From: Naegleria gruberi
Lineage: Eukaryota
DNA length: 64,000 bases
Reading direction: 5' to 3' (one strand)
NCBI GenBank assembly: GCA_000004985.1
Contig: GG738845.1
This document shows, one piece after another, positions 40,139-50,609 of this stretch. The position numbers were made by a program, and so were the translations under genes. Numbering within the stretch: the stretch's first letter is position 1; every line of letters begins with the position of its first letter. The notes beneath the pieces are model-generated. The model searched no databases. It had not been told where the DNA came from and was given only the letters and a program-made list of their open reading frames with translations.

Positions 40139-40607
40139 AATTTTGTGACCATCAATTGTGAGAAACTTTAAATACTGATCGATAACACTCTCAGATATCT
40201 CTAAAGTGGTATCGATAGTCATTTCAAATTTATTTATCCATTAAATGATTATAAATTAATTTTATTATTAATTATCAAATTATTTATTGATAATTTAAAT
40301 GGATTAAAATCATTAATTGAATTAAATATTTCACATTTTGATTTTAACATCTTAAATTCTAATAGTATATTAAATAATTCTTGTGCTTTAACTAGTATAC
40401 AAAAACAACACATTATCCCTAGCATTATCCACCCGATTATAAATTATATTAAGATAATATAAAACCAAATAAATCATTTACAAAAGCACATTATATGTAT
40501 TCATTATCTATTGCAATGATTCAATATATTAATATTTTCATCCAATTAGTTTGTAAAAAATCCAAGTTACTAAAAGAGTTAATTGTAAACAAAGTGGATA
40601 GAAAAAA

Positions 40608-42152
40608 ATGGCGACAAGGCAACCACAGCCCTCATCACATCAACCCCTGAATAATATTTCGCTGTCGTTTTTTGATATTTTGGCAGTTGTAGGTGTGATA
40701 TATATCGTGTTCCGAGTCTTACGTTGGTTATTGAAGAGTTACATCATGAGTGGCGTTGATAAAAAGTTAAATCACGACTCTTCTGTTCAGAAGAGAATGA
40801 TGAAGGAATATGCAAGTGGCGTGCTACCAACCTTGTCAAAATTTGAATTTATTACCACTGATGAGAATATTAGAGATGATGATGAAGATGCTCCTCTCTA
40901 TAAATTCCCTTTGAAAAAGATTGTTATTAGTGATCAATCTAAAATTGTTGATGGTATTGAAGTTGAGTACATGTGCAAGATGAGCGCACCAAATTTCAAG
41001 AGTGATGACGCAAGAAACTTTCACAATTACACTCCATCATGTAACATTTTCAATTCGCAATCAATTGAAAAAGACGAAAAATTGAGTAGTGTGGAGGAAA
41101 TTTATGTCTTTGTGCCTGGAAACCCTGGAAATTGCCTCATCTATCACGAGTTCTTGGAACGTTTATGTGAAAGATTAGACAATCAGGAAGAAGAAAAAAA
41201 CAGATTGGTAATTGCTGTTAGTTTGAGAGGTCATTCCTATTACTATCCTTCCCAATTTTGGCAAGGTTTGACCTTGTTTAAATCCAACTCTTCCTCCTCC
41301 TCATTATACCATTCGTTAGAGGCATACAATTTAAATGATCAGGTCGATTATTTTACATTAATTGTGCAAAAGTTGCATAGACAATTTCCAAATGCCAAAC
41401 TTATCTTACAGGGCCACTCCGTTGGGTGTTTTTTGATTTCCAAAGTTATGGAGCGATTGAATGTTTGCAAAAAGAAATCTCACCACCCAATAGTTCAGCC
41501 TCTTACACAAACAATTGTAGATAATGCAGTTGACAAATTAATATTCTTTTATCCGACTGTTCAAAACATGCACAGTGAAACTCCTAATGGACAATCTTTG
41601 CTTCAGTATGCAATCAAAGCTCCTCTTAGAGTTTATCTTGCCAATTTACTCTACAATTTAGCTTCACCAATTCTTCCAACATTTGTGATTAGATTGTCAA
41701 GAAGATCGTCACCAATTCTTGTTCCATGGATTCCTTACTATGTTGATAGTATGAGAATTATTAAGAATGTTACAACCTTAGCTAGTCATGAGTTTGAAGA
41801 AATTTTGGATTCTTTTGGAAATGATTCATCTCAAAATACTTTCAAAGATGCTATGAGAGATCACAAAGATAAGTTGAGGGTTATCTTCTCTACGGCTGAT
41901 CTTTGGGTTCCAAGAAAACACGTTCTCTCATTCTTAGATCATGTATTTGATGTAAACTCATATGAAGGAAAAACCATCCTTGAATTGGAAAACTCAACAG
42001 TTGTGGACGAACAAGAATTTTGTAAGATTCTTGACAAGGCATGTTTGAATGTTGGAATATCAAATCAAGTAACATTTAGCCACACAACGCAACATGCCTT
42101 TGTTATCCATCAAGATAATTTGGAAATCACTAGTAAATTGCCTCTAAGATAG
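40608..42152 (+). CDS. Alpha/beta hydrolase, lipid-droplet-associated-hydrolase-like, with an N-terminal TM helix.
   Basis: The nucleophile elbow 'GHSVGCF' is present. 'YVFVPGNPGNCLIYHEFLERL' resembles the LDAH family. The N-terminal helix is 'FFDILAVVGVIYIVF'. Confidence 0.45.
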   Translation: MATRQPQPSSHQPLNNISLSFFDILAVVGVIYIVFRVLRWLLKSYIMSGVDKKLNHDSSVQKRMMKEYASGVLPTLSKFEFITTDENIRDDDEDAPLYKFPLKKIVISDQSKIVDGIEVEYMCKMSAPNFKSDDARNFHNYTPSCNIFNSQSIEKDEKLSSVEEIYVFVPGNPGNCLIYHEFLERLCERLDNQEEEKNRLVIAVSLRGHSYYYPSQFWQGLTLFKSNSSSSSLYHSLEAYNLNDQVDYFTLIVQKLHRQFPNAKLILQGHSVGCFLISKVMERLNVCKKKSHHPIVQPLTQTIVDNAVDKLIFFYPTVQNMHSETPNGQSLLQYAIKAPLRVYLANLLYNLASPILPTFVIRLSRRSSPILVPWIPYYVDSMRIIKNVTTLASHEFEEILDSFGNDSSQNTFKDAMRDHKDKLRVIFSTADLWVPRKHVLSFLDHVFDVNSYEGKTILELENSTVVDEQEFCKILDKACLNVGISNQVTFSHTTQHAFVIHQDNLEITSKLPLR

Positions 42153-42384
42153 ATCACAACAATTAAGGTATTAATTTATTGGAATTTTCAAATCATATCA
42201 GAAACGAAGTATCGAAATAATTTTAAAATTTTAAAATTCGAAATTATTTTTCGAATCAGTAAAGGTTTATTCACCAGTGTGTGAATCTTTTTATTCTGAT
42301 GTGATTGATATCTACCACCTCTTGACAAGTCGTGGGTTCTTGTTGAAGCATACAAACTATTGGATCCATACCATTGGAGAGGGA

Positions 42385-42398
42385 AATTGCGCCAATTA
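42385..42398. promoter_or_regulatory. E2F-like site AAATTGCGCCAATT.
   Basis: It lies about 205 bp upstream of the CHD ATG at 42603. Confidence 0.3.
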
Positions 42399-42602
42399 CT
42401 TTTGTAACGATTCTAAAAAAAATAACTCTTTAACTTGCCATAGTATTTTTTGAAGAAAAAATTCATAGCAAAAGTTTTGCGAGTATTTTTATCTATCACC
42501 ACAACCATCATCGGCACAGCCAATTTGAAAACTTTACAACAACTAAAGTATAATCCTTAAAGGATCTAACACTCGTATAATAGTCTACTACTACTAAATA
42601 CA

Positions 42603-45600
42603 ATGTCTGATAGCGAGGAAGAAGTTTTGAAAAACGAATCATCCTCTGAGGCAGCATCAGAAGAGGAAGAAGTTCAAAATCAAGACGATGTCATGGAAGA
42701 ATCAGAAGAAGAGGTTATTACCACTCGTAAAACTAGGGCATCACGAAATGTACGTTAGTAATATTCAAATAATTTAAATTAATATTTCATCGTGATGATG
42801 GTTTCGCTTATTCACAAAATTCCATAATTAAATAGAACTATAAGGAGCCAAGTTCTGAAAGTGAGGAAGAAGAAGTAATACGAGCACCTGTTCGTTCACG
42901 AAGAGGCAGTGCAAGAAAGGTATGTATTGTTGATTATGGGTTTATAACATTGGATCTTTGACCTCTTGTCAACACAACATTAGAATTATAATGAAGACGA
43001 AGCTTACAAAGCATTGGATGATGATGATATGGACGATTCTAACGAAGTAGTTGTCAATAACGACGATGACGAAGAAGCAGAAGTAGAAGCACCAAAAAGA
43101 CAACGTAAAATCAGAAGAAATGTTGATCGGGGCTCAAGAACAAAACAATCAAGCACAATTGGTGCAGGAGACTATGAAATCCCAAAGAGAGACCTCAGAA
43201 CAAGATCCAAGAAGATTGACTACTCTGAGGAAACACAAACCGTTGAAGAACAAGAAGATGAAGTTGTTCCAGAAGAACCTCAAGAAGAGGAGGAACCTTC
43301 TGAAGAGGAAGAAGAAGTTAAACCAAAACGTACAGTCAGAAGAAGAGCAACAACAACAACAAAACCTAAAGCAAGAACTACACGTGGTGGACGTCGTGGT
43401 GCAAAATCCAAAAAGGTTGATTCGGATGATGATGATGTTGTTGTTATGGATGATGATTCTGATGAAGAAGAGAGCTCTTCATCCGAAGAGGAAGGTGAAA
43501 CAACAGAAGAACTCGGTGCTGATGAAGGACCTACCGTTTTTATGGATCAAGATAAAGACGATGTAATAGAATTAATTTTAGCTTGTCGAGTAAAGAAAGA
43601 AGAAGAAGAAATACAAGATGACGAAGAAGAAGGTTCCGAAGAAAAGAAAACTAATAGTGGCGAGGAAACAATAGAATATTTGTGTAAATATAAGAACAAA
43701 TCTTACTTGCACTGCGAGTGGATACCTAGGTACGAGCTGGATGATGATATTCAAACCAGAAACAAAATCAATAGATTCAACAAGCAATATGATGTCAAGT
43801 ATTTTGAAGGATTGGAAGAATATTTCAATCCTGAATTTACAGAAGTAGAGCGTATCATTGATCGTGGTGTTTGGGATGACTCTGAAGTTTATTGTGTAAA
43901 ATGGAAAGGTCTTACATATAGTGAATCAACTTGGGAATTTGAAAATAAGATTGAAGACAAGGAAAAGATTGAGCAATACAAGAGGATTAATAAATTGCCA
44001 ACACCAGAAGATAGAAGAATACCTGCAAGACCAGCTCCTCACAAATTCAAAAAGTTAGAAGAATCACCATCATTTAGAGATGGTAATCAATTGAGAGAAT
44101 ACCAATTAGAAGGTTTGAATTGGTTGGTATTTTGTTGGTATCAGAGAAGAAATTCAATTCTTGCCGACGAAATGGGTCTCGGTAAAACTGTTCAAACAGT
44201 TGCAACACTTGAATATTTGAGAGCTTTTGAACATATTAGAGGTCCATTCATAGTTATTGCACCTCTTTCCACTGTTGAACACTGGAAGAGAGAGTTTGAA
44301 AATTGGACAGATATGAATGTTCTTGTATTCCATGGTAATACTCAATCAAGAGAGGTAATGAAGAATCATGAATTCTTCTTCAAACATCCAAAGACTGGTA
44401 ACTTAATTTATCATCAAAAGACATACAAGTTTAATGTACTCATTACAACTTATGAAATTGTCATGGCTGAATCATCTTACCTTTCAAAGATACCTTGGCA
44501 ATATTTGGTTGTTGATGAAGGTCATAGATTGAAAAATCACAACTCAAAATTGGCACAAATTCTTAAGAATTTTAACGCTGTACACAAACTTTTGCTGACT
44601 GGTACTCCTATTCAAAACAATCTAACAGAATTGTTCTCATTGCTACAATTCTTAGATCCTGAGACTTTTTATGATCTTGATGTTTTCTCAGAGGAATATG
44701 GAAATTTGGGTGAGTCTGGTTCTGAGAAATTGGAAGGACTACATAAGTTAATTTCTCCATACATTCTTAGAAGATTGAAGGAAGATGTAGAAAAGAGTAT
44801 TCCTCCAAAGGAAGAAATTGTCGTTGAAGTTGTCCCAACCTCAATTCAAAAAGCATACGAACAGGCTATTTTCAAGAGAAATAGAGAATTTTTAATGAAG
44901 GGTGTCTCCAAATCACAAAATGTTCCAAAGTTAAACAATGTTCTTATGGAATTGAGAAAAGTTTGTAACCATCCATTCTTGATTAGTGGTGCTGAAGAAA
45001 ACATTACCAGAGGTATGAGTGACGTGGAAGTTAATGAGGCTCTTATTAAATCAAGTAGTAAGATGATTCTTGTAGACAAGCTCTTGAGAAAATTGAGAGA
45101 AGGTGGCCATAAGGTTCTTATTTTCAGTCAAATGGTTCTCGTATTGAACATTCTTGAAGATTACATGAGGTATAGAAACTTTACCTATGTAAGACTCGAT
45201 GGTACCATTAAGGGATCAATCAGACAACAAGCTATTGATAGATTTAATGATCCTAACATTGATACATTTGTATTTTTAGTTTCCACCAAAGCAGGAGGCG
45301 TAGGTATTAACTTGACTTCTGCTGACACTGTCATTATTTATGACAGTGATTGGAATCCTCAAAATGACTTGCAAGCCCAAGCTAGATGTCACAGAATTGG
45401 TCAAACCAAGGAAGTCAAGATTTATCGTCTTCTTACCAAGAATACAAAGGAAAAGGAAATCTTTGAAAGGGCTTCAATGAAGTTAGGTTTAGATAGAGCT
45501 GTTTTGTCATCAAATAATGAATTTGTCCAATCCACTTCCAAGTCTAGTACGCAAAACAAACCAGCACTTGAAAAAGAAGAAATTGAACTTTTACTAAGAC

Positions 45601-48431
45601 ATGGTGCTTATTCTGCTTTCAAGATTGATGATACAGAAGAACAAAAATTGTTGATGGACGAAGATATTGATACCATCATGGAAAGAACAGCAACTATTGT
45701 CAGATATGATCAAGCTAAACCATCAGAATCTAATGGATTTTCTAACTTTTCTAAAGCTACATTCTGCTTCTCTGAAGACATGGAATGGGAAAATTTACTT
45801 CCACGTGAAAAGACAGCTTCAGGTTTGATGAAATTATTGAGTGAAGATTCTTCTTTGGATACTGAAGAACAAAAAAAGGAATATCTCAATGACGTAAAGG
45901 CACTTGTAGATATCAAGATTCATGAAATTGAAAAGTTCAAATATAAGCCAGATGATGAATTGGCAACTCTTCTTACTCAAATGATGTATGCCAGATTGTT
46001 AGATGAAGATCACAAACAACAAGCAAAGGCATGGTTATCAATTCTTGAACAACCAAGGTTGAGAAATGGTTCAACTCGTAATGAAGAGTCTGATCAATCA
46101 GATGACGACTCTAAAGAGACTGTCTCAAAGAAAAAGGCTGGAGGTTGGTATAAGGCTGAAAGACAAAGATTCCAAAAGTCTTTATTGGAAGTTGGTTGGG
46201 GTAAATGGGGAACTATTAGAGAGAACAAACTTCATGCTCATACTATTGAAGATATTCATTCTCTTGCTGAAAGTTTTGTCAGTCAACTTATTACTATGTG
46301 TGATGGCGAAAATGATGTCGACTTCCTCAAGATTTTGTTGCAATCCTCAACAGTGCCTGAAGATAATGACGATTTACCAAGTTCTTCCTTAAAGATTGAG
46401 CTCAAAAACACACCAGCAAGAGCTGGTGATATCTTGAAGGTTCATTTACCTAAAGATGCTGATCTTTCCACTTCAAGTATTGAAATTATTAAGATTGCTC
46501 AACAAGAAGCAAGAGTCTCCAAGAAGAAGAAAGCCAAATCTCAAGCAAGCAGTTCCAAGAGTTCCGGTAAGAACCTTTGCGTTAGATTCTACGAATTGAA
46601 GGAAAAGGATAAGGAAGGTGATGTTTGTGAATTATATGCTCCTGGTGTTGGTGGTGAATATTTTGTAAGGTTGAATTATAACGGACTTTCCAAGGCAAGT
46701 AAATCATTCGAAGTCCAAGGTGTTCATCCAGTATTAGAAGATAAGGAGTGGATTGAACAAGCCAAAAGAGCTGTAAAGACTTGGGTCAAAAAGCTCAAGT
46801 TTAATTTGCGTCTCACAAAGATTCTTGAAGCTTTTACAAAGTTGACCACTGATAATATTCCAAAGGTGGGCATTAAGGCTCCTACAGACTGGTGGGATAG
46901 GGAATGCGATAGGGACTTATTAGTTGGTTTTGATTTATATGGCTATGGTCGCTTTGATGAAATGAAAGAAGACACCTCTCTTTGCTTTAAGGAAAAACAT
47001 GAAGAGCACATGAAAAAGGCAAAGAGTAGAAAGGAAAAGAAGGATGCTGGCTCTTGGCCAACTATTGCTGTGGTTAACAAACGTGCTAACAAACTCATGG
47101 AATTATTAGTTAAGGAAAAGGATATTTCTATTCTTGCAGAACTTAAATCTAATGAAAATGATAATGATGATTTGGCTTTTGAAGAAACTGAAATTTCTGA
47201 ACCAAAAACAATTGTTGACTCTTGGAGTAAGAGAGAAAAGGCAGATATCCAAAGGACACTTATCAACTTTGGTTTATGTCCAGCTGAATCATCTGGTGAG
47301 CCTAACTATGCCAAAATTATTTCATTGGCCAATTTGAGAAAAACTGAAAGTGCTGTAAAGACCTACGTTACTCACTTGGTAAAAGCAGCAAAAATACTTA
47401 ACAATGAAGAAGAAGAGAAGGATACTAAAGAATCCAAGAAGAAAGATTCAAACAAGCCAACAACTGATGATTTGGCTCCAGGTACTGCAAAGAAATTAAT
47501 TCAAAGAATTGATATAATGAATAGTCTTTATACACTTGTTTATCCAAACTGGGATGAATATAAGAGCAAGATGAAATACTTGAAACCAACAGGTTCAGGT
47601 TTACCTAAATGGTGGAAGTCAGAAGCACACGACAAGGAACTTATCAGAGGTATCAAGAAACACGGGTTTGATTTTAAGAAGTTGTTTGAAGATAAGGAGT
47701 TCAAGTTTGGATCAAAGGATTCACCAAGAGAGGGTCTACTCCTTTCACGTATTGAAGAAATTATTTCTTTATTAAGAAAGATTGATGTTCAAGGATCACC
47801 TTCAAAAGCTAAATCGGCTTGGAACTTTACTCCAAAGAAGAAACATGTACTTCTTAAATCACCACCACTCAAGGAAAAGTCTGCTCCAAAAAGAAAAGTC
47901 AAGCGTCAAACAACTCTTGATTTCAAGAATACTGAAGATACAAGCGATCCAATTGAAGATTCAAGTGACAGAGATGAGGACAAGATGCAAGATGATGATG
48001 TTAAGCTATCTAAATCTGAATCCTCAGAACCATCTTCATCACAATCTGACGTGCCAACCATTGTTGAGGATGTTTTGAAGAAGAAGATTCCAAAGAAGAT
48101 CCCAAAGAAGGAAGAATCACAACCAGAAGCCTCCAGCAGTTCTAGCAGTGGAAATGGTACACCACTTAAAAGAAAGAAAGAAGATCATCACGAAGATGAG
48201 GATCATCATACCCCAAGAAGAGGTGAGTATGAGCCAAATGATAAGAAGAGAAAGATGGGTTCCTCTCCAGCAGATCACAAATATTCTCCATCTCACCATA
48301 GAGAAAACAGAGACTACAGAGACCGTGATGATAGAAGAGACAGTAGAGATAGAGAGAGCTATCGTGATGATAGAAGAGACAGTAGAGAGTACAGAAGAGA
48401 CAGGGATGGCAGAGACTATCACAGAAGGTAA
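42603..48431 (+). CDS. CHD1-type chromodomain-helicase-DNA-binding ATPase. Three exons: 42603..42749, 42836..42919 and 42984..48431.
   Basis: Tandem chromodomains are present ('EYLCKYKNKSYLHCEWIP' and 'VYCVKWKGLTYSESTWE'). SNF2 motifs 'LADEMGLGKTVQT' and 'VVDEGHRLKN' and helicase C motifs follow. The C-terminus has SANT/SLIDE-like regions and an RD/RS-rich tail. Two acidic 5' micro-exons are joined by introns 42750..42835 (GTACGT...AG) and 42920..42983 (GTATGT...AG), both in phase 0. Confidence 0.75.
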
Positions 48432-48470
48432 TAAATTTGAGAATAACTTTTTGAAATTATCAACTAGAAT

Positions 48471-48479
48471 TTTTGGCGG
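48471..48479. promoter_or_regulatory. E2F-like half-site TTTTGGCGG.
   Basis: It lies 37 bp upstream of the LRR gene ATG at 48516 and 40 bp after the CHD stop. Confidence 0.3.
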
Positions 48480-48515
48480 TAACTAAATTTACAAATTTAA
48501 AGCCCATCAAATAAA

Positions 48516-50591
48516 ATGAGTCAAAATAGAAACGAGAGGAGCCTCAATATGACTGGAGGAACAGACAATGTTTATGAAGATATGGAGGAAGGTCATACAG
48601 TATTTGAAGAGGAACATAAATCAAACATTAGCCCTCTTCTAAAAACTCCAATTGCTGAGTACGATGAGGATGAATACAATAAATCACCACCTTCCGAGGC
48701 AGGAACTGAGGATTCGGACTTGATGGACCCACCAAGTGGAAGAAGCTCTCTCAGGGAATTGGATGAAGTGAGGAGTGAGGTTCTTTCCGAATTAGCTGGT
48801 CTTATTAACGCTCGCTTATCATCAAATCAGAGCTTTTCTGCTGAGTTGGAAAAGAGATTAGAATTTGCAAGTAATTCAAAATCTGTTTCTCTACTTCAAC
48901 AAATTAAACAAGAAGAGGAGGAACGACAAAGGAGAAGAAGGAAACAAAATTTACTATTGGAAGATACTGCAAATATTGATGATTTAATTGATAGGGAATT
49001 AGAGGAAGAATTAGCTGCCTTAAATGATCTTTCCAATGAATTGTCAAATACACGTTTGTTTGCAGAATCAATTACTGAGCAAGAAGCTTTCAATTATGAG
49101 ACCCTTCTTGGGAAAACTGATAAAGTTTTTGAGGAAAATTCTCCTGTTTCAAGCGTCAGATCTTCAACGAATGGAGTGGAGACTCCATTTGATCAACAGG
49201 CAGAAGAAAAAGCGGAAGAAGAATATGAGGTCAAAAGAAAGATTGGATCTTCTCATATGAATTCCAGAAGAAAGCAAAGAGACAAATTTCAGACAATTAA
49301 TGGTATTGAGGCATTTTTAGAAAAGTGTGATAATTTTTCATTCTTCAATTTTCCAGTTCTTTCAATTATTGAAAAGTTCAATAATCCTTCACTAGATTTG
49401 AGCCATTTAACTCTTGGAGACAAGGGTGCTCAGGCTATATCCTCCATGTTGAGACTTAATAACGTCATTCAGTCCCTCAACATTTCAGATAACAATATCA
49501 CATCTCAAGGTCTTTATGATTTGGTAAACTCTTTAAAGAGAAACTCTACAATCAAACATCTTGACTTGTCTGACAATAAGCTAGGATTTGTAAATACTTC
49601 ATCTATTGATTTGGATGAACCTCAACCACTCGAGCAGAACGCCTATGTCAATCCATACGAATTAAAAGATTGTGGACAATTACTATTACATTTAATTAGA
49701 AAGAATGAACATTTAGACACAATTAATTTGAATAACTGTCACTTGAATGATAGCCATCTAAAATTACTGACTGAAGGCGTATGTGACAACATCACATTGA
49801 AAGGATTGGATATTTCCTCTAACGATTTTACTGATAGTGCTGGTCCAACTCTGGCAAGTCTCATCATTGGTACAAGAGTTCAAATGTTCAATCTTTCATG
49901 GACTTCGCTTAGACGACAAGGATTGACTCATGTGGCTTCCAGTTTGAGACAAAACAGTTCAATTGTTGATTTGAACTTGGAATGGATTGGATTGAGCAAC
50001 GATCACTGTAAAATGTTAGCTCAATATATAGCAGAGAGTGATATTATTGCTCGTTTCAATATTTCACATAACAGAATAAGTGAGGAGGGATTTTTAGCTA
50101 TTTGCAAGGCTATGGAAATCAATACTTCTCTTATCAAGTTTGAAATTGGTTATAATACGTTGGGTAACACTGCCATGATGGCACTATTCAAGAGTTTGCA
50201 CAAAAATCAAAACAATGTACTAAAACAACTTGATGCAAGGGAAACCCAAATATTTGTAATTGTAAACAAGGAGGCCCTCGAAGCAGAACCTCTAATTGAA
50301 CCAGTTTACAAGATACCAGATAAAGTACCAGAGAAACCTGGTCAATCCAAGCAAAAACCTTCTAATAACAAGAAAGACCAACTGAATACAACAATTCCAC
50401 CTCCAGAACCAGCACAACCTGAACCAACAGGGCCAGTGGAAACACTAAATCAAAGATTGGGAAGAGAAATGTTTGTGGCCTTGAGATATTTGAAAGTAAT
50501 GCACCAGAGAGGAGAGTCTTCACTAGATATCAAACTCAGTAATGACATCGAAAAAGTGTTGGTAAGAGGAAAAAAGACTCAAAACGAATAA
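48516..50591 (+). CDS. Leucine-rich-repeat protein of the ribonuclease-inhibitor type.
   Basis: RI-type LRRs recur, for example 'LSHLTLGDKGAQAISSMLRLNNVIQSLNISDNNITSQGLYDLVNSL...LDLSDNKLG'. The C-terminus is Pro/Glu-rich. Confidence 0.5.
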   Translation: MSQNRNERSLNMTGGTDNVYEDMEEGHTVFEEEHKSNISPLLKTPIAEYDEDEYNKSPPSEAGTEDSDLMDPPSGRSSLRELDEVRSEVLSELAGLINARLSSNQSFSAELEKRLEFASNSKSVSLLQQIKQEEEERQRRRRKQNLLLEDTANIDDLIDRELEEELAALNDLSNELSNTRLFAESITEQEAFNYETLLGKTDKVFEENSPVSSVRSSTNGVETPFDQQAEEKAEEEYEVKRKIGSSHMNSRRKQRDKFQTINGIEAFLEKCDNFSFFNFPVLSIIEKFNNPSLDLSHLTLGDKGAQAISSMLRLNNVIQSLNISDNNITSQGLYDLVNSLKRNSTIKHLDLSDNKLGFVNTSSIDLDEPQPLEQNAYVNPYELKDCGQLLLHLIRKNEHLDTINLNNCHLNDSHLKLLTEGVCDNITLKGLDISSNDFTDSAGPTLASLIIGTRVQMFNLSWTSLRRQGLTHVASSLRQNSSIVDLNLEWIGLSNDHCKMLAQYIAESDIIARFNISHNRISEEGFLAICKAMEINTSLIKFEIGYNTLGNTAMMALFKSLHKNQNNVLKQLDARETQIFVIVNKEALEAEPLIEPVYKIPDKVPEKPGQSKQKPSNNKKDQLNTTIPPPEPAQPEPTGPVETLNQRLGREMFVALRYLKVMHQRGESSLDIKLSNDIEKVLVRGKKTQNE

Positions 50592-50609
50592 ACTAAATTT
50601 GTTGTTTAA

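Noticed and set aside
43120-43566. A 148-aa ORF in an alternative frame inside CHD1. Antisense or overlapping ORFs elsewhere behave the same way, for example 2003..2245, 13627..13920, 52281..52628 and 58456..58734.
   Set aside because: They lie entirely within well-supported longer coding sequences, in other frames or on the other strand. They are composition artefacts of low-complexity coding sequence.
48290-48431. A DNA repeat (GATGATAGAAGAGACAGTAGAGA occurring twice) at the CHD1 3' end.
   Set aside because: It is low-complexity coding sequence for an RD/RS-rich tail, not a mobile element or satellite.
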